From assembly GCA_030141605.1 (NCBI GenBank), contig JAQGDQ010000040.1, positions 62,001 to 126,000 of the forward strand: 64,000 nucleotides of DNA, written 5' to 3'. The translations under genes and the position numbers were made by a program. The notes beneath the pieces are model-generated. The model had not been told where the DNA came from and ran no database searches. It saw only the letters and a list, made by a program, of their open reading frames with translations. Shown piece by piece: positions 39,285 to 51,683 of this stretch. The stretch comes from Tubiluchus corallicola. Lineage: Eukaryota; Animalia; Priapulida. Positions within the stretch are counted from its first letter, which is position 1. Each line of letters begins with the position of its first letter.

Positions 39285-39984
39285 CTCTAGAGACTCCTTG
39301 AGGGGCACAGTCAGAGCCAAGCTTTGGAAAAGGATGCAGAGAAGATAAGTAGTGGGAAGACCTCTGTCATTGGGAATTGAGCTGACTTCCTTGGAGTTGA
39401 AGAAAAGAACATACATTGTTGTTCAGTTTTTCTGTCTACAGTGTTCCATGACTCATTCACTATTACAGGACAAGTAGCAAGTCACCACTAATGAAAATGC
39501 AGTCCTGAGCAAACAACCACTGCCAGATTACCCCACAGTGTTTATCTCCTTGCATTCACGAGGAATTCGAAAGCTGCGTGATGTGGCAGCATGCAATCCA
39601 TGCAACCCAGTGAGGGTACAAGAAAAACATAGATTCACATTCTTGACAGTGATGTTGTTGTGCTGTGGCTATATCGTACACCCTTGAGAAATTTGACGAA
39701 GTGTGAGTTCTTTCAGTGCAGAAAGTTCTTTTCCATTTAGAGCAACCCACGACATGACCTACAACAAACATCTTGATTCTGGAATTAATAATTCTTACAT
39801 CTTTCATGCAATGTGGACTCCCTCCCCCGGAGTGGCATATTTTACCCTTGACCGAAGTTTTTTTGTTTTTTAATGTTATATATTTATATTATATAATAGC
39901 TATGTTGTTGAACTATTTTTTTGTCTACAGGTTGAAAACTGGAGAGTTGTTTACGTATGTGTCATTATAGTGGAAACTGAAACA

Positions 39985-42900
39985 ATGTCAAATTCAGAGG
40001 CTGAAAAATCTTCTCGTTCAAGACGAGTAAGAAAGAGGCCTTCAAAATTTGAAGACTATGACGAAGATTACGAAGCTGATAGGAAGCATAAACATGGTAA
40101 AGTATCTTTAAAAATTATTTGAATTTGCATAATATTTTGGCCCGGGCAGATTTCACAATTTTTTTTTCATTTAGGCATTTAGTTTTGCTTTGTTCCATTT
40201 TTCTAGCTATTTCTGTCATTTTGCTGTTAGAACTTTGACTGAGACGGATAGTGTGTTTTTTAGTACTAATACTTGAGAGATAGTATGTCGTTATGCTTGA
40301 CTGATTTCACTGACTGCAAAATTTCTGTCACTGTTTTTTTAGAACATTCCAAATCTGATACATGCATAATTTGCCTTTTTGTTTACCGAAATTTCTTTTT
40401 CCGATTGGACAATTATTGTATATTATTCTACTTAAAGCTAGTTAAGAAGTATTCCATGTATAGTAGTAACGCAACTTCTGTAGCTTAATTGTAATGAATA
40501 ATTTTAAAACCAAATGAATCACTACTGTCATTGTTTCATTAACTACGTAATTATCGAAAAGCATATGGTAGTATAAGAAGTACATCCTTGGGAAAAACCT
40601 GTCTTGTGCATGAAATGGTTGGAACAGGTTTTCCCCCGTGTTATAACAATTTCTGGCATGTTTATAATTAAGCAATTATTGCATTTGTAAGCAATGTATA
40701 GGCGATTTAGAGAGTACTTACATAGTACCGAACTGTGCAGTATCATCGCCTCAGTTATTATAGTAGTATTATTCACATTTAAATATTCTAAATTGTTATA
40801 TCGTGTAAAAAAGACAAATAAATTGAATGGAATTAAATTGAACTGTACAGAGATAAACAGAGAAATTAATACTAACATTTATGACAGTAACTCAATACAA
40901 CGTCTAACACATTTATTATTATACTTTAACATGTCGTCTAACTGGAACTTTTACAAGTTCGTGACATGGTGCAGAAGAGCACTGTGCCGATTTTTCAAGT
41001 TCGCCACAATATTTTTGTCTCCTTGTTATCCTATTGCAAAATCAGTTATACTAACTAATACTTCTTGACTATTTTTACATAGCTAAGAAAGCAAAGTTGG
41101 ATGAAAAAAGTGAGAAAACAGAAAAAAAGTTGTCTAAGACTTCCATAAGTTCTCTTGACAGCAGCATTTTAGACACATCTTCTGAACTTGATAAGTCTCT
41201 CCAAAACTTGAAATCTGTTACGTCTGCTGTAGACCCAGAACTTGATAGCCCTCTATCCATTGTTTTGCCTGAAACAATGGATAAGACCAACGAGAGTGGA
41301 AAAATACAGGCAGATGTGAGTGGAAATGACGCTTCTTCTGAAAGTGATTGTAACGTAAGAATTATGGCAGGAGATGGAATACGCTTGAAGCTAATTCTTT
41401 CTCCTAAATCCAAGGGTGACAGCAATGAGACCAGTGATACAGTTCCATCAGTGCAATCTAGTGAACTGACGAATGTAAGTTTCTTTATCTTTATAATAAA
41501 AATTATTGTACTGAAGAAAAGATTGGATATACTAATTAGATATGTGTCTAGAATCTACTGAGCAGGTGATGTACTACAAATGAGATACATTTACAGGCAG
41601 AATTTTTTTGTTTCTTAAAAAGTTTTTGTCAGGACAACTTTTTGTCCGTTAAAGCTTTATTACATTCTTTAAATTCGACTCTATGCCTAATTTTTCAACT
41701 ATGATGGTACATTATATGTATACACAACTTGATCAGTAAAAAAATTTGATTACAAAACTCTTATTTGCTGGCTGGTTTCGTACTCAGACCAGCTAAGTGA
41801 TAAGCGGGAGGAAGCATTGGACTAATGGTGTTGACAGCTGTAAGCACCGAAATTTAATTTAATAGTTACGCAGGTTTGCTATGATATCATAGCGATGCTG
41901 CTAAAGTTACCATAATGATTAAATTGGTGGTGGTTTGCGAGTTTACATTCATGTTATCCATAGATTTTAATTTATTGTTCGCAAACTGAATTAGTTGTGA
42001 CAAATTGTACTCACAAGTTGCTCTTGGATGAAAGCATTTATTTAGTTTGGCATTGACAAGTATCACTGTATTTAGTAGTTGAAAACCATATATTTAAAAA
42101 AAATATATTTTTAGAGAAAGTTAATATGTGCTTCCAAGTTATTTGATAGCGGTTTAGTTTCATATGCTTTAGCTTCGCACTTCAGTGTCACATCAGTTCT
42201 CAAATTGGACTCAGCTAGACAATAATTTTTTTTCTCTTTTTGTACCTTATTAAATCTTATAACGTGTGTTCTTAGTTTCTTTATTTTGAACTTAGAAAAA
42301 GTCACCAAAGAAAGCCAAAAAAGCAAAGGCTAAGCAGACCCAGAATCAAACAGTTGTTGAAGGCAAACCAGAACCATCACAGGTTCTTCCAGAAGTTCTT
42401 ACAAGTAATGAATTGTCTGTGATAGAAAAAGTTGCTACTGATGTCGACAATGTGGAAATAGAAGGTAGGTGTTATTGTGCTAAACTACAGCCCAACAGGG
42501 TTTTGTTCCTTATACTAAATCATTTCCTGGTCCTACTACTTTCGTTTGCACTGTTTAATATGTAACTCTGTTTAGTAGATTAATTTCTTCTTATAGGCTC
42601 TAGTGTGCTTTTGAGAACAACTTTTGGGAAATTTTGTTTAGAATTCAAATTAGAATTGCCCAAAAATCCATGTACATGCATTATGCACATGATATTATGA
42701 CCAGAGCAGTAAAGAAAAGTGAGGTGACTTTTCATAGTCATAGTCATTGCATATAGGTAAAAAAAGAAGTCCAAAATATCTAGTTTTTTATTGTTCGACT
42801 TGCTTTTTATATTTTCTTACTTGTAGACGATAATGGATGTCGTTTGTGAGAAACTTCTAATAGTCAAAATCAGATATTTTTCCCTGTTTCCTAGGCTATG

Positions 42901-45900
42901 TGAATTTTTTGGAGTGTAAATATACATAGTATGCAATACTAATTCATTGTTAAATTTCTTATTTGTTTTATTTTGAACACAGAACCACCAATTTATGAAG
43001 AGGTTGTAATTCAATCGAAACCAAAAAAGAAAAGGGCACCAGCAAAGCAGAAAAAGAAAGCTGCTGAAATGAAACAGAATTTGGAAAGTGATGGTCCATT
43101 GCTATCCCATGATCAAAGCAATGAGCAAATAAAGTTTGAAGATGGTAACGTTAATACAATATGCTGATTTTGTTTTATTTTCGTACCATGTAGTAGAAAG
43201 TGTTAAATTTTTTGAAATTTGCATCGGAAGTGTTTTTTTTGTAAAATTTCCAGGCATTTCACCTTGGTTATCGCCACCATTGAGATGTTATGAAGTAATT
43301 AGTTTTTCTGCTGCTTTAGTTGAAACGTCTGTTGGTGCAGATGTAGAGATTGGTAATGCAGTCGATTCAGAGATAACAACACACGGAATGACAAAAGTTC
43401 CAATGTTCCTGTCTGAAAAGCGGCTTGTGAAGAGACCAAAAAAAATTTTAGATGATGTTACTATGGGTGCAGATAGTACTCGGAAAAAGGTGAGTTAACA
43501 TTTAATTGGCTTTTAAATATGTGTATATTTTTATCTGTGCACATATAGCCTGTTATCAGGGGCGGAACTAGGGGGGGGGGCGAAGGGGGGGCGCCCCCCC
43601 TGCCAAATCGGACAAACAATTTTTTTTGCAGTAGCCCAGTAATATTTTTTATCATTAAAGTTTGTCACCAGGTTAAATTATTCTGACTGTTAATACGTGC
43701 CTGACCAGATGTGTTTACCTGAAAGTCAGGATGTAGTTAATTTGTTTGCATGTAATCTATTCAGGAGGCAGGCAGGAACAGTTAACAAAGCAGCTTGTTT
43801 AGTAGCATTAGCGCCTTTGCACAAAAGACTGTTAGTTAACAAAACGGCTCAGTTAGCACTCAGTTAGCACTCGAGCTTCATTCAGCAGTGTGTTATAATA
43901 GTGAACAAGTGAAATAATAGAGCGAAAACAATGCAAACATTGAAGTCATGTTGAGCTACCCTAGTACCAGAGAGTCAGTTTGTCCAGCTCGCCTAGTACC
44001 AGAGAGTCAGTTTGTCCAGCTAGCCTAGTACCAGAGAGTCGGTTTGGGAGATACAAATTGATGAGCCACGGCTCAGCCACCTCGTGATTGGACATTACCG
44101 ACTCTTTGCTACTCCTTAGCGACTCTTTCCCACGAGTTTGCTGCATAAAAGGGCGTGATTTTTATTGGATTGGAGTCACTATTCCAGTCACTAGCTGCTC
44201 ATGTGAACGGTGTTTCAGTGTTTTGCGAAGGTTGCATTCGTGGCTCCGTCGAACAATGGGGGAGGAATGGTTAAATCATTTGGCAGTCATTAACATTGAG
44301 CGAGATGTGTACGATGAGTGTGTGTCGGAAAACAAAGTCATCGACACGTTTTTAGCAAAAGACCTGCGACGTTAAAATTATGACACATACTTAAACTTGA
44401 CATAATAATGTAATATTTCCTGTGTATTATTTTCTTAAAATTTGTGTATGATAAATTTTTGTAAATAACAATTTAGTAAATAATTTTTGTAAATAACATA
44501 AAAATTAAACTTAACACAATAATATAATATTTCCTGCGTTTTATTTTCTTAAAATTTGTGTATGATAAATTTAACGTTAGGTTAACTGAGAGGCCTGCAT
44601 GCAGTATAAAAGGGGTTAAAAATTGGCTTAACGACTTCGGATACCTCGCCCCCCCCCCCCCCAGAAAATTTTTGCGCCCCCCCTGCTTGCCACATCTAGT
44701 TCCGCCCCTGCCTGTTATTACTTTTGTTTAAAATGTTTACCATGTATTTTTGCCTTCAGGATTTAGATGTATTTATTTTAAGTTACATACTTTGTATTTT
44801 TCGCTTACACATTTTTTTCAGAAGAAACAAAAGAAAACACGTCCAATTACAGCATATATGTTGTGGGGCCAAATGATGCGACCTCGAGTGCAAGCCGAGC
44901 ATCCTGAATATGGTCAGTGCAACCCAAAATTACAAAAAAAGTCTAGATTCTTGGTGATCATAAAAGGGAGCGTATAAAAGTGTTGTAACACTAATCATAA
45001 ATTCATAAATCTAAATTGATTTTAAAGTTTGAGAAATAATTACCAGCAATTTAATGCAAAAACTATTTATTTCAAAAACTATGGATATTACTAATTTAGA
45101 TCGTTCATTACAAATTTAGTATAAGGTCCTACATTTTTATGTTTTTTTCTGTACCATTGTGTTATAGATTTTGCACAAATTAGCAAGAGACTTGGAGATT
45201 TATGGGGCAATATGTTGGAGAAGGATAAAATGGTTTGTTAACTGCCATTTTCTTTACTTTTATTACAATTTGGATGTCATTTTTGATACTCTGTTTAATC
45301 TGATAAGAGGATGTTCAAATTTATTGTAATATTTTAGTGGTACATGCACACTGGAACCTGCAAGCATTTTTAAGGTTTTTATTACCTTTTATTTATTCGC
45401 CCAGAGTAAAGGCTTATTTGTGCTAACTAATACTATGTCTTTAGTGAAATGTCTTCCAAATTTTTACTTATGCATTGCATAATGCCACATCTGGAAAGCA
45501 AGAAAATTTGTTGGATAGCAATAGAAAATGGAAGATAATTAGGTTGGTTGGTTTATTACACGTGCTACAATTTAAAATACTAGAGTAGCTTTATTTTGGT
45601 AGTGAACAGGTGCCAATTTCACTTGGAGGTTCACAGGTGATGGGATTCACAGCTTAATAGTCTCGCAATATTTGTGTGATTGTCTCGACACTGCTAAGGT
45701 CGACACTTGAGGGAGGATGTACAATTGCATGTCCATCTAAACATGGCTCTGCAGGTTCAGTGGCTTGTATTAGAGGGAGATTTAGTTTCACCACAAGTGT
45801 CTCTTGTGGCAGACTGTGCTGTTGAATGCTGGGTTCTGACTTACTGTGTGCTAAAATTTTTTAAAAAGTTATGTTATAAAACTCAGTTTAAACCATTATG

Positions 45901-47818
45901 GTAGTATAATATGAGTGTTTTATACAGATTTTTTTTAATTCTGAAAAAAATGTCTAATGATTTAGATATTTCCTTTAGGCATGGCGAAGGCGAGCTAAAA
46001 AAGTTTCTAACAAAGGTTCCACGCTGATTAACACGGGAAAAATGCCTCCAGGCCTTGTAATGACACCTGGTAGTACTCATTTGAAAACTCCTAAAACAGG
46101 CTCTAAACCTGATGAAGAGTTAGCCCCAGTTTATAAGGTAACGTGTTTTTAAACACTGCTAAACGAATCCCATGCTCTTTGCTTTTAATTCCTGGCGAAA
46201 TTCATAGAGTCACTTGGTTTCTCCTATTTCTGCAGTTCAAAAAGGAGACACCTGCTTGTATATTTTATATTTCTAGTGCTTGATTTAAGATTTTTTAATT
46301 TAGAATATTTTGTTATTATTTTGAAAATCAATGAGAAAGTTTTATTGTCATTATAATTTAATTTATTGCAAGAGTTATGTACTTATAGGATTTTTGAATG
46401 CACCAGCAAAACAAATAAATGGTTTAGAATCTTCAGATAAGAAAACTTATAAAATTTAGTTTGGAGCTTTTTTAAGCAAGCACTGCAGTACTATAAACAC
46501 AAAACTTTAATAAACTGTAGTCATTTTGTGATATGGTTATTGATGAATTAACGAACAGAATAAGTAAATATGTCATGGTAAAATTTTTATGTTCAACTGA
46601 TCTGCACTGCAGAAAGGGCAAAAACTATGTTAAATATCCCTTGTAGAAAAACATTCATGAATAGGACATGAACAGTTTTTAGATGCTCTTTTATGGAGAT
46701 TAGAGATCTGTCTAGTCCTTTCTGTCTGTCTAGATCTTAATAATAACTGCTTTTTCTGTTGTTTATGTCCAGAATTTGCAAGTCTGAAAATAGTATATAT
46801 TATATTATGAAATAGGTTAAAAGCATCAAATTCTTTACTACTGCAGACTGCAGAAGTAGCTTGCAGACAGTCTTCGAATTCAAAAAGGAAGTAACTGAGT
46901 TATTATTCAAAGAGTTGCAATATGTTGGAAATTAGTGCAGAATAATAAGCTTATATTAGTATTACGCAGCAGTTTGATCAAAGTTGATTTGTTCTTAAAA
47001 TAGGTAACTGGTATTGAACCAATAGATGTCGCTGCACACCTTAAGCTGCTAGGTGAATCTCTTGAATTAATTGGATCTCGAATAACAGAGCACGAGGTAA
47101 GTGGTATACTTCTTAAATGTGTGACAAATATTTTAACAAGTGTATTTTTGTTTACTCATACACTTGTTGCATTACAAAAAATTTAGCTAGCAACTGCATG
47201 AAATCATGATTACGCAAAAGTTACAATTTTAAAGCAAACTGTACATGTGCGCGATCACTTTTAAATTTTCAAACATGGTGTAAATATCGAAAGCATAGTT
47301 ACATTGCTTTTGTACATTCTTATTCATTTGAATATTAGCTTTGTAGATTCATACTTGTTTGAGTATAGTTTTGAACTTTCTTACTTGTTTGAATATTATT
47401 TTTGTACTTTCTTACTTGTTTGAATATTAGTTTTGTACATTGTTGCTTGTTTGAATATTAGTTTTGTATGTTGTTGCTTGTTTGAATATTAGTTTTGTAT
47501 GTTGATTTGAGCTTGTGTTCTACTTGTGTGTTGATAGACTTTTTGAATTTCATTTTAAAGTTGCACTTTTGCCTTAAGTGAAATTTGTCGCACACTGTTA
47601 TTGGTAAATTTTTTATTTCAATTTTTATAGTCAATGAATTACACTTCTAGGGTCAAATTGCTGTGCAAGGAAGCTTGTCTGTACTCTTGGATTCTATGGT
47701 TTGTGCTCTTGGCCCACTGACATGTCTGATGCGGCAAGTTGAGGAGCTGAATGCAGTGCCGGAAGAGACTCAGAAAGAAATGTTAGATAATATAGCCTAT
47801 ATAATGCCTGGGATGTAG
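39985..47818 (+). CDS. HMGXB4: HMG box-containing protein 4; 10 coding exons, 1581 nt, 526 aa
   Basis: Exons: 39985-40096, 41083-41474, 42296-42464, 42983-43144, 43320-43489, 44822-44912, 45168-45232, 45979-46137, 47004-47096, 47651-47818; all GT-AG with consistent phases. HMG box [52 protein letters not shown]. Diagnostic C-terminus [54 protein letters not shown]. Also the [11 protein letters not shown] motif. AATAAA signals at about 48393 and 48424. Confidence 0.93.
43557..44710 (+). mobile_element. Internally deleted hAT transposon (1154 bp) in HMGXB4 intron 5, retaining the transposase C-terminal dimerisation domain
   Basis: Perfect 15-bp TIR CAGGGGCGGAACTAG / CTAGTTCCGCCCCTG and perfect 8-bp TSD CCTGTTAT (43549-43556 and 44711-44718). 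ORF 44088-44375 contains [43 protein letters not shown] (hATC-like). Confidence 0.95.
47329..47505. repeat. ~31-bp minisatellite, about 5-6 copies, in the last HMGXB4 intron
   Basis: Repeated unit TTGAATATTAGTTTTGTAYNTTNTTRCTTGT. Confidence 0.85.
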
Positions 47819-48531
47819 CTAACACCCAGCTTAGACAGCGGACATTCTTTTTTGTCATACATGAACGTAGCATTTACTTATTTGTATCGTCGTTTTTTAG
47901 TTCCACTGGTATGGACCTGTAATATAAATTTTTCACCTTATACTGTTACTAAAAGTATAAAGTAAAAGGTGTGAGTTCAACGTCATAACCACGAGTACGC
48001 CGTAGCAGTGTACCAACTTGCTTGTAAATATTTTTTGTATTATGCATGTGGATGAAAATTTGTAAATTTTCAAGCAAAGCTGAAATACTGCTGTTGAAGA
48101 AGCATAATTATACAGCTCTATTCTTTGTGTGCTAGTACTATAAACATGTTCATCATAATTAAATTTTGATAATTAAATTAAGTAACTTGCGATTCCACAG
48201 AATTGTGTTTGTGCATTTCACACCATGAATTTGCTTTGGAGTAATGTCATTTAATTCGTTAATTGTAATACTTTGCAAATTGGGGCGAAGACCAAATGGA
48301 ATTTTTTCTCATTGTACAAATATAACTTGACAATAATGCTCCATAGTCCGCAATTACCCTAACAGTTCAGTCTGTATAGTTTGTATTTATTGAATAAAAT
48401 ATAATCATCCCAATTCCTAATGCAATAAAGAACATTGTTGAAAGTTTGATACAGAAAAATGTCATACAAGTGTTAGCTCATCTGCTTAAGAAATACCAAA
48501 AAGTATACAAAAACAATCGGTAGGTAATAAT

Positions 48532-49471
48532 TAGTGATGCAACAAATCTGAATCTGCATACGATATTTGCCCGGATTAGGAATCTGCATTCAGTAAACAG
48601 AATCTGATAGATTCAATTATAACAAGGGCTAATATAACTACACAGTTCATTCCATATTATTATTATTATACCTCTTCGATAGCACTTTACTTTAATATGA
48701 TAATATGTTTTCTGCTCAGAAGTTCAAACAGTTTTGTTACGAAGACAGTAAAGCTTATGCAATGTTAGACAGCAGTTCACCCCAAAAGGTCAATCGTATT
48801 TAGTAGAGGCCAATACATGCTGTACAGTACAGAAGAAGTGCTAGGCAAGAAAGGAATGAAAAATTAGTAAGGAAGAATTTATATAATAAAATAGCTACTA
48901 CTAGATTGCTGTTTGCAAGTGTAATTATGCTACTGCATATTTGAACGAGTATAATTTTAAAATCGATTAACTTGAACTAGAACTGCTTATGATAGAATTT
49001 TATGATGTATGCAACATATCTTTAGACGCATTTACAAATACAAACCAATACAAGTCATGCGCTCAGATTTCACAGGCAAGTATATCAGTGTAACCATTTT
49101 ATAATCACCAGATCACCGCAAACTTTAGCAGCATGATAAGTGTTTATAGTTTAACAAACTTTAGCATTAAAGTTTCTAATTTTGTGCTGCAAAAATTGAG
49201 TTATAAAGTTAAAACTCTATCAGTATGAAAGAATGGTTTTCTGGAATTAGTAGGTATTTCCACTGAGCTTTGACGTGGACACAGTTTATAAATGTTCTTG
49301 GGCTTTAGAACTTGAAGGTTAAACAAACTGCAGAAAAATAAATACATTTAGTGAAAAAATCCAAGAATTGGTAAATTAAAGTAAAATTGTACAAAAGAGC
49401 GACACCAGGATTCTGTAGCTATGATCCAGATCCGGTCTGGATCCTGTAAAAGTGGATTTCGTGCATCACTA
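48532..49471. mobile_element. hAT (Ac-like) MITE, 940 bp, between the converging 3' ends of HMGXB4 and the B4GAT1-like gene
   Basis: TIR TAGTGATGCAACAAATC vs rc TAGTGATGCACGAAATC. 8-bp TSD GTAATAAT (48524-48531) vs GTAATCAT (49472-49479). Subterminal AATCTG/GATCC motifs. Confidence 0.78.
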
Positions 49472-50673
49472 GTAATCATCAAGACCTAATAATGAATAGA
49501 AAATATATAGAAAACAGTTCCATTAAACAGGCATTCAGTTCTAATTGCCCTAAAAGTATTCCATTAATTCATAAGATTCTTTTCTGTCACAAGTGCACAA
49601 AATGTTTTACATGGGACTTGGGCTGCATTCATGTCAATTACTGATTTTGTAGAAAAAATAACCTTATGTTAATTACAACTAGAATCAGTATGGATATAAT
49701 TGAACTTTCAATCTTCGTCAGTTTATCTAACAGTCATGCAAAAATATCACAAAATTAAGTATCTCATTTTTAGTAAAAAATTATCAACATTTTGATATAT
49801 ATATATCTTTGTAGTGCTGTATAAAAATAATTTCCATCACACAAACATGTTTTCATTAGTGATTGGTGATTATAGCAGTAAATCCAAAAAAGTTTAACTA
49901 AACTGAAAAAAAACCAAAAATGCTGCAAACAAACTGCATTTCAGACATATGTTATATTTACTAAGTTTCCTCTTGAAATTCACCATATCTATTCGTTCAA
50001 TTATTTCACAAACCAGGTCTTTTCTTATTGAAAGTATTGAATGTATTGATTATGTTAGCACTTCAGCAACATCAAACTAATAACAATATAATTGATAAAT
50101 ATGTATATTAGAGTGATGATAACAGGATTCATACAGCCTGAAACTATTTTATAAAGTCAATACTAAACAAATGTAACTAAAATGCTAAATAAAGAAATTA
50201 TTATTACTATGTAGATTGTACATACAGAAGCAATACTGTTTCAGCTTTAAAAGCAATATTTGAACATATAAACTAACATTATTAGTTTTGTTACATAGCC
50301 CAGACCTTTATTCTTAACAAAAATCAGAGCCAGTAAAAAGTACTGGTAATCACCAATTCACAGTTAATAAAAGACAACCATAGTTTTAGCTAGATATTTT
50401 TTGTTTTGTTCACACACACACTATGAAGCCTCCATATTGTAACTTCTCTTTTTTAGACATTTTGCATCGTAAAACAAAATGATAAAAAGCACTTAATGGT
50501 GGTACAGAGTTTTAAATGTCACAGAATTACTGATACAAAAAAGTGCAGTTAGCACCTTGGTAATTTGAAGCTCTACAGATGTATTACTAATATGTAAAAT
50601 GTATTAATACTAATGGCTTTACATTGAAGGTAGATGTAATCAATGCTGTTTGAAAGTAGTGCTTAATTTCATA

Positions 50674-51645
50674 TCATGTCTTTTTCCTGCAAAATTTCTT
50701 TCTGTCATTGGATACACCTCGATACCGAGTATTTATGTTCCTTATAACTTCATTGAACAGTCCCAGATTTGTCTTTATGTTCTGCATGCGTCCTGTGAGC
50801 GCATCAGATATGTGTATCAACCAAACATTATCTAAGATATGAAACGTGTATCTTGCCAAGCACAGCTCATAAATCTGCAACCAAAAAATTATAATATATT
50901 ATGAAACATTTAAAGTACCATTTAGTGTATGTTGTGCATAATGAGAGAAACTTATCTGTCATTTTACCCAGAAACCTTGTGTCAACATTCACCAAAATTC
51001 CCAGACAAATATTTAATTTGGACTTTGTCAGTGCATATTTAACAAACTGTATTTGCTTGGGTAATGCTAAAAACTCTATAACTACGATTCCTTCAGTATC
51101 TGAGTCTGTTCAGTGATTACAGGTACAGCTTGTGAGGTTCATGCAGCAGTGTGTGACCTTAACTACAATAAATTTAGGTTTTAAAACCATATGTATTTGA
51201 AATGCATTGCAAAGAGTTCTACTGTTCTTTGGAAAGAAGAAGAACTGTGTTACAAGATGAGATAGATCTCTTCTAAAACGTCTCTACCAAGGCTAAAACG
51301 TCTCTACCAAGGCTAAAAACTACCTGACAGGAAATTAATTCAATGATCCATTTCTTGCTTGGAAAACTATAAGATGAGTACCATTGCTAAGGCATCATCA
51401 GTTGTACTCAGTCTGTAACCTGTGCTTATAAGCTGGCTTTCTTACATACCTATTGACACACTGCGATTATGAAAGAATAGTAGACAGATACGCTATTGGA
51501 TTATTGACAATAATCCTTATAGTCAAAATTTATTGGGTGTTAGAGTTTTTATATAAAAATCAATTAGAAATAAACTGTTTAATATTAATTCCATTGCCAC
51601 TTTTTCCATGTTCACAATAGTCAACTCATACCTAACAATGCTAAT

Positions 51646-51683
<38 letters not shown>

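Noticed and set aside
43960-44045. 33-bp repeats as a CRISPR-like array
   Set aside because: The repeats are head-to-tail with no unique spacers, lie inside a hAT element, and the DNA is eukaryotic.
49200-49330. Possible extra terminal exon of the B4GAT1-like gene (acceptor near 49328)
   Set aside because: It lies inside the 48532-49471 hAT MITE, and the gene already ends with a complete GT49 C-terminus at 50674.
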